From: [Phormidium ambiguum] IAM M-71
GTDB lineage: Bacteria; Cyanobacteriota; Cyanobacteriia; Cyanobacteriales; Aerosakkonemataceae
Direction of reading: 5' to 3'
DNA length: 64,000 bases
Assembly (NCBI RefSeq): GCF_001904725.1
Contig: NZ_MRCE01000032.1
Coordinates: 1-64,000 of the forward strand
Made by a program: the position numbers and the translations under genes. Shown here in pieces: positions 59,773 to 64,000 of this stretch (positions are counted from its first letter, which is position 1; each line of letters opens with the position of its first letter). The notes beneath the pieces are model-generated. The model searched no databases. It saw nothing but the letters and a program-made list of their open reading frames with translations, and was not told the origin of the DNA.

Positions 59773-62700
59773 CTACGAACTTATGATTTCGTTTATACTT
59801 TGGAGTGGGCGGGAGTCATCATCGGGAATGCGCTCGTCTAAAATTAACCCAATGCTCGGTTCTACATTTCGCAAAGAATTTAAGCAAGTAAAAGGTTGCC
59901 AATTGCTTTGTCCGGGTTGTTCCAATAGCCCAAGGGTAACGCCATCTTTCTTAGTTTGATATCCTAAAATGCTTCCCCCAACTGAATTGGCTGCTACCTC
60001 CAGCCAATAGTCGAGTTTGGCTTCTAGTTCCTGTTTCACTAAGTCGCGAGTTTTGGCATCTCCTACCGCCCAAGCCCGATCGCAAATTGCATCAATAGCA
60101 GCTTGCACGTAAGGATGATGTCGGGAAATTCTTCCGGCTTTATCATTGAGGTTTAGTTCGCTACCTGCTAATCGCACTAAGGAAACTAATAAAGCAGCTA
60201 ATCCTCGATCGATCGCGCGGGGGGCAAAGGGAGTAATTGAAAGCGCTTCAACGTGCTGGTAGAAGGTAGCATGATAATGTTCAAATTGTTCGTAATGAGA
60301 TAAATCTCTGGGTCGCGCCCAGTTATAAACTGTGAACACTAAACCAGGGAAGGTGCGCCCTACCCGCGAGGTTGCTTGAATATATTCAGCGGTAGTTTTG
60401 GGTTGTCCTGTTACTACCATTACCCCTAAACGTTTTACGTCTACACCAACAGAAATCATGTTGGTAGCTAGTAAAACATCTAAAGGTTTGCGTCTATTGT
60501 TTTTCTGAGATTTATCTGAAGAAAAGGGCGTTTCTAACCAATCCAATACGATGGGAATATCGGTAGAATTTTTCCGGGAGGTGAGTTCTTCTACTTCAAT
60601 TCGCAAACGTTTTGCTAAACCTCTGCGATCGGTTTTTCCCAAGCGAGATTGGATATCATCATCAACTAAACGCCTAGTTCCCCCTAATTCCCGCATTGAG
60701 TTAAAATAACCAACTAAGGTCATCCAAGGGTCAACGCGATCGCCTTCTTTTTCAAATAAGTATTGCGATGCTGCTAATACTGCTGTATAAACCCGAATTA
60801 ATGCTGCTTTTAATCGTCTTCCGGTGGCACAGATGCCTAAATATCGCCGACCTGGATAATCTTCTGAAGGCGGACGTTGGCAGGAAAAAAAGTTATCTTT
60901 AATATCTAATCCTTGGGGTGGAAAAACTTGTACTTGGCGCAAAAATAGGTTGTGTACTTGGTCACGCGCCTGTCGAATTGTCGCAGTAGAAGCTATCACT
61001 TTGGGACGAACAATTTTACCATTAACTTCCCAAGATGCTAGTTTATCAACGGCGGTTTCATAAAGTCCGACCAGAGTTCCTAAAGGGCCGCTAATTAAGT
61101 GTAATTCATCTTGAATAATTAAATCTGGCGGTCGCAAGGGATTAGTAGGAATTGTTTTAGCGCTGGGAAGTCCGTATTTACTTGGATGGGAGTCAGAATC
61201 ATCTATTTCGGGAGAACGAAAACCGTGACGAGTGCAGTATCCATCTACTTGTCCGAATAGCATTTGCACTGCACCATTCCAAGGCATTTGGGCAAATTTA
61301 TCAACAGTTGCAATCAGCAATGTTGGCAAACGGCGATAAATTTCTTCGTCTACAACGACGATGGGTAAACCTTCAGTGGGGGATTGTCTTTGGGTAAATA
61401 AACATCTTCCTAAAGCATCGCCGCAGTAAATTAAAGTACGTCCTTGTCCCTTGGCGAAAGATTCAACTTTAATATGTTGTTTGCCTGGGTCTATTTTAGA
61501 ACCACACCAAGGACAATTTGTTAATTGATGGGGAGAACCGCTGCTAGCGGATTGGTATTGTCCGAGTTTTTGTTTGAGAAATTCATCGCTTTGTTCGGTA
61601 CGATTTGGGGTGGTTTTCATTCCCACCCATAACCCAATTCGGAAGGGTTCTTTTCCCCATTTTTGTTCATCTTGGCGGCGGATTTCTTCGCAGGCACAAA
61701 TTAAGGCGGTAGCGCGTTGGAATTGTTGTAATGTCAATAGGCGGAGAGTGTAGCGCATGAGAACGGCAACGCCTGCTTCACCAGAACGTCCGGCAATGGT
61801 TCCTTGCAATCTTCTCAAACCAATGGTGTATGCTGTTAATCCTAAATATGCTTCGGTTTTACCGCCGCCTGTGGGGAACCAAAGTAAATCTGCGATCGCT
61901 TCTGTAGGATGACACCTATCTATATGATCTAATTGAGTAATACTGGGAAGATTAAGCAAAATAAATGCTAATTGAAAGGGTCGCCAAGTGCGATTTTTCG
62001 GAACATCAATTTTCTCTATTTCAATATCTTCACCGCGTCTTTTATTTTCCGCATAAATTGAGTGAATCCTCTGTTGCCACATGGCGCGATTCATAAAGCG
62101 GAAAGCTTCGGCGGCGTTGTTATCTGTTTGCAGCAAATCGATTCCAGCTTGGATGCGTTGGAGAGTGCGATCGCAATTTTCCATTGCTGTTTTAGCTGCA
62201 TCCTGATAATCTGTTAAACCAGAGGCAGGGTCGGAAATTTTGGCAGTTTGTTGAAAAATCCAATCGGCATAAGCAGTCGTTAAAGAACTTAAAGCAGTTG
62301 ATAAATCAGAAATTTCTGCCAGTTCTTTCATATCTAAAACTAATCCCGCCAGTCCGGGGATTTCGGCAATTGTTGGCGGTGTTGTTTGGGGAACTTCGTA
62401 GGCGGGAACGACTTTGGTAGAAAGACGAATGGCGCGATGGGGGTTTCCGGGTAGCGTTTCGGCGTGTACGCCTGTACCATGTCCGACAGCGAATTCTACG
62501 CAGTCGCGGTACAGCATCGCCATTGCTTGTTCTTCTGCAAATAAGGCGGGGTCGAGTTTACCAAGTTGGCGTTTTTGTTGCCTTTTAATAAAGATGTCGG
62601 GTTGATGATTATCGGCAGATTCGACGCTGAGTTCTGGTTGGAATAACCAAGCTTTATCGACTAATCTTTCTGGTTCTTTTTGTCCGTTAACTAAGAATAA

Positions 62701-63720
62701 AGTTACTATCCAATCTTCGCCTTGTTTGCGAATTAATCCTGAGACGATTACATCTTCATAATCAGGATGAATTATCCAAGGGGGAATATTTCCTACTTTG
62801 AGAAGTATTGGATTAGAAATACCGACTATTGGCGTGCGTTTCCAGACGGTTTTAGGACTTTTACCATCTTCTTTGAAAATTGTTTCGCTGGCAATGCGAT
62901 CGTACTGTCCCCAACCTGCTTTTACTTTAATTGCTTTGGCAGTTCCATCAACGCAAAAAGTCATCCCCATTGATGAGGGAAACATTTTTTCAGCAGGGGG
63001 AATGCTACTTTCAGTGGTGCCTTCTTCTGCTGTACCGCTACCGGAAACTGCCAATTCGTCTATTTGTTCTGGCGTTTCTTCTAATTCTTCCGGTCTAATG
63101 CGTCGCTGCGTGGGTGCGAGGAGTCCGACAAGGTAGCGATCGCTTACTCGCTGTTCGTCTATTTCTTCATTTTCTCCCCCAGCAGGGCCAAGTAAATCAT
63201 CTAATACCGCTTGTTCTAATTCTGCCCGAATTTGATAATAGCTTGCAGGTTCTAAGATAGAAGACTGCAAAGTTTCTATCTTAGGTATTTCAGTCTGTAA
63301 TTCTGCATTGTCTTCACTAACGGTAGGAACGAATTGCATTTCTATAAGTTTTCCTTGTCCGTCTGTTTCTTGAGTTTGACAAGGAATGAATTGAGTTTCA
63401 AAAAGATTGCCTTGTTTGGCACTTATAGGATCGATCTGAGAAGGTTTTTGGCAGGTAAACCTTTTCGTTTTTTTCTGTTGATTATCGAAAAAACGGATAA
63501 TTTCAGCAGCTATAGTATCGGACATAGTGCTGCTTTCTAAATCCAAGACTTCCGCATCATTTATTAAATCTAAACCTTTTAGTAAGATGGCAAGATGTCG
63601 TTCTGGTGCAGAAACTACGCTACTCCAATCTAATTGAGTATTCCCATTTTTTAATTTTTGATTAATCGCTGCTAAATCCAAATTGCCAGGAAGTACAGCC
63701 GGAAGTTGAATAATATTCAT
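59773..63720 (-). CDS. drmA: Large SF2 DExH helicase, DrmA-like (1315 aa)
   Basis: Walker A is FPTGGGKTEAYLG and DExH is IIQDELHLISGP. Motif VI is QATSRVGR. There is a long N-terminal non-helicase region. Confidence 0.55.
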   Translation of the reverse strand: MNIIQLPAVLPGNLDLAAINQKLKNGNTQLDWSSVVSAPERHLAILLKGLDLINDAEVLDLESSTMSDTIAAEIIRFFDNQQKKTKRFTCQKPSQIDPISAKQGNLFETQFIPCQTQETDGQGKLIEMQFVPTVSEDNAELQTEIPKIETLQSSILEPASYYQIRAELEQAVLDDLLGPAGGENEEIDEQRVSDRYLVGLLAPTQRRIRPEELEETPEQIDELAVSGSGTAEEGTTESSIPPAEKMFPSSMGMTFCVDGTAKAIKVKAGWGQYDRIASETIFKEDGKSPKTVWKRTPIVGISNPILLKVGNIPPWIIHPDYEDVIVSGLIRKQGEDWIVTLFLVNGQKEPERLVDKAWLFQPELSVESADNHQPDIFIKRQQKRQLGKLDPALFAEEQAMAMLYRDCVEFAVGHGTGVHAETLPGNPHRAIRLSTKVVPAYEVPQTTPPTIAEIPGLAGLVLDMKELAEISDLSTALSSLTTAYADWIFQQTAKISDPASGLTDYQDAAKTAMENCDRTLQRIQAGIDLLQTDNNAAEAFRFMNRAMWQQRIHSIYAENKRRGEDIEIEKIDVPKNRTWRPFQLAFILLNLPSITQLDHIDRCHPTEAIADLLWFPTGGGKTEAYLGLTAYTIGLRRLQGTIAGRSGEAGVAVLMRYTLRLLTLQQFQRATALICACEEIRRQDEQKWGKEPFRIGLWVGMKTTPNRTEQSDEFLKQKLGQYQSASSGSPHQLTNCPWCGSKIDPGKQHIKVESFAKGQGRTLIYCGDALGRCLFTQRQSPTEGLPIVVVDEEIYRRLPTLLIATVDKFAQMPWNGAVQMLFGQVDGYCTRHGFRSPEIDDSDSHPSKYGLPSAKTIPTNPLRPPDLIIQDELHLISGPLGTLVGLYETAVDKLASWEVNGKIVRPKVIASTATIRQARDQVHNLFLRQVQVFPPQGLDIKDNFFSCQRPPSEDYPGRRYLGICATGRRLKAALIRVYTAVLAASQYLFEKEGDRVDPWMTLVGYFNSMRELGGTRRLVDDDIQSRLGKTDRRGLAKRLRIEVEELTSRKNSTDIPIVLDWLETPFSSDKSQKNNRRKPLDVLLATNMISVGVDVKRLGVMVVTGQPKTTAEYIQATSRVGRTFPGLVFTVYNWARPRDLSHYEQFEHYHATFYQHVEALSITPFAPRAIDRGLAALLVSLVRLAGSELNLNDKAGRISRHHPYVQAAIDAICDRAWAVGDAKTRDLVKQELEAKLDYWLEVAANSVGGSILGYQTKKDGVTLGLLEQPGQSNWQPFTCLNSLRNVEPSIGLILDERIPDDDSRPLQSINEIISS

Positions 63721-63916
63721 ACTTGCAATATTTCGTAATATATATAAACTAGCAATTTAGCCTTTTAGCATAATACCACATTTAAATACGTAGGGTGCGT
63801 TAGGCGCAGCCGTAACGCACCATCTCATCTAATAAAACCTTCCAAATATTAAAACTTTTCAGTCCGTTAAAACGGACTTTCGCTATAAGAAAAGCGAATT
63901 GATTCGCAGGCGGGCT

Positions 63917-63982
63917 AAAACGACGGACAATTGATTCGCAAATGGGCTAAAACGACAGACACAAGATTTAAGATATACTATT
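63917..63982. promoter_or_regulatory. Two ~33-bp direct repeats (attgattcgcaNNNgggctaaaacgacRgaca) upstream of the drmA-like gene. The first overlaps a GCGAAT-TG-ATTCGC palindrome.
   Basis: The repeats are visible directly in the sequence and lie about 200-260 bp upstream of the drmA start. Confidence 0.45.
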
Positions 63983-64000
63983 TTAGTCAGAAAAATCAGG

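Noticed and set aside
59773-63720. Interpreting the 1315-aa helicase as Druantia DruE or a Hachiman HamB
   Set aside because: DruE-type proteins carry DUF1998 within the same polypeptide and are larger. Here DUF1998 and PLD are separate downstream genes, which fits DISARM drmABC better. This is kept as a hypothesis pending a profile search.

Overview
The window reads as a 64-kb stretch of a cyanobacterial accessory replicon, either a large plasmid or a phage-plasmid-like element. HIP1 octamers (GCGATCGC) are common throughout, apart from a few AT-rich insertions. It contains the following, in order:

- **Group II intron.** The intron carries a full RT/maturase/HNH ORF, and a second RT N-terminal fragment abuts it.
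- **Replication origin.** An iteron-type Rep primase-helicase sits next to three 22-bp direct repeats.
- **Ubiquitin-like conjugation cassette.** A translationally coupled operon encodes an E2-like protein, a JAB/JAMM peptidase and an E1/ThiF-like protein, resembling the PRTRC and Bil/Bub systems. No obvious ubiquitin-like gene is present.
- **NAD salvage genes.** The cassette is followed by a nadR-like bifunctional NMN adenylyltransferase/ribosylnicotinamide kinase gene and pnuC.
- **Two replisome cassettes.** Two paralogous dnaN-dnaX-holA sets (sliding clamp plus clamp loader) lie about 27 kb apart. The element also carries a Dda/RecD-like helicase, a family A DNA polymerase, a tRNA-Lys and a degenerate tRNA-like gene.
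- **Other accessory genes.** These include an SPFH protein with a triplicated N-terminal repeat, a DEAD/DEAH helicase with DUF1998, and an AT-rich 511-aa gene with a possible HEPN motif. A response regulator plus a hybrid kinase sit next to a VirD4/TraG-type type IV coupling protein.
- **Candidate defence island at the right end.** A NACHT-HEAT STAND NTPase is followed by a DISARM-like drmA-drmB-drmC trio with no adjacent methyltransferase.

Remnants of host genes (an SDR fragment and a truncated leuA-like gene) and several Rho-independent terminators are also visible. Every functional call comes from reading the translated ORFs for motifs. No database search was run.
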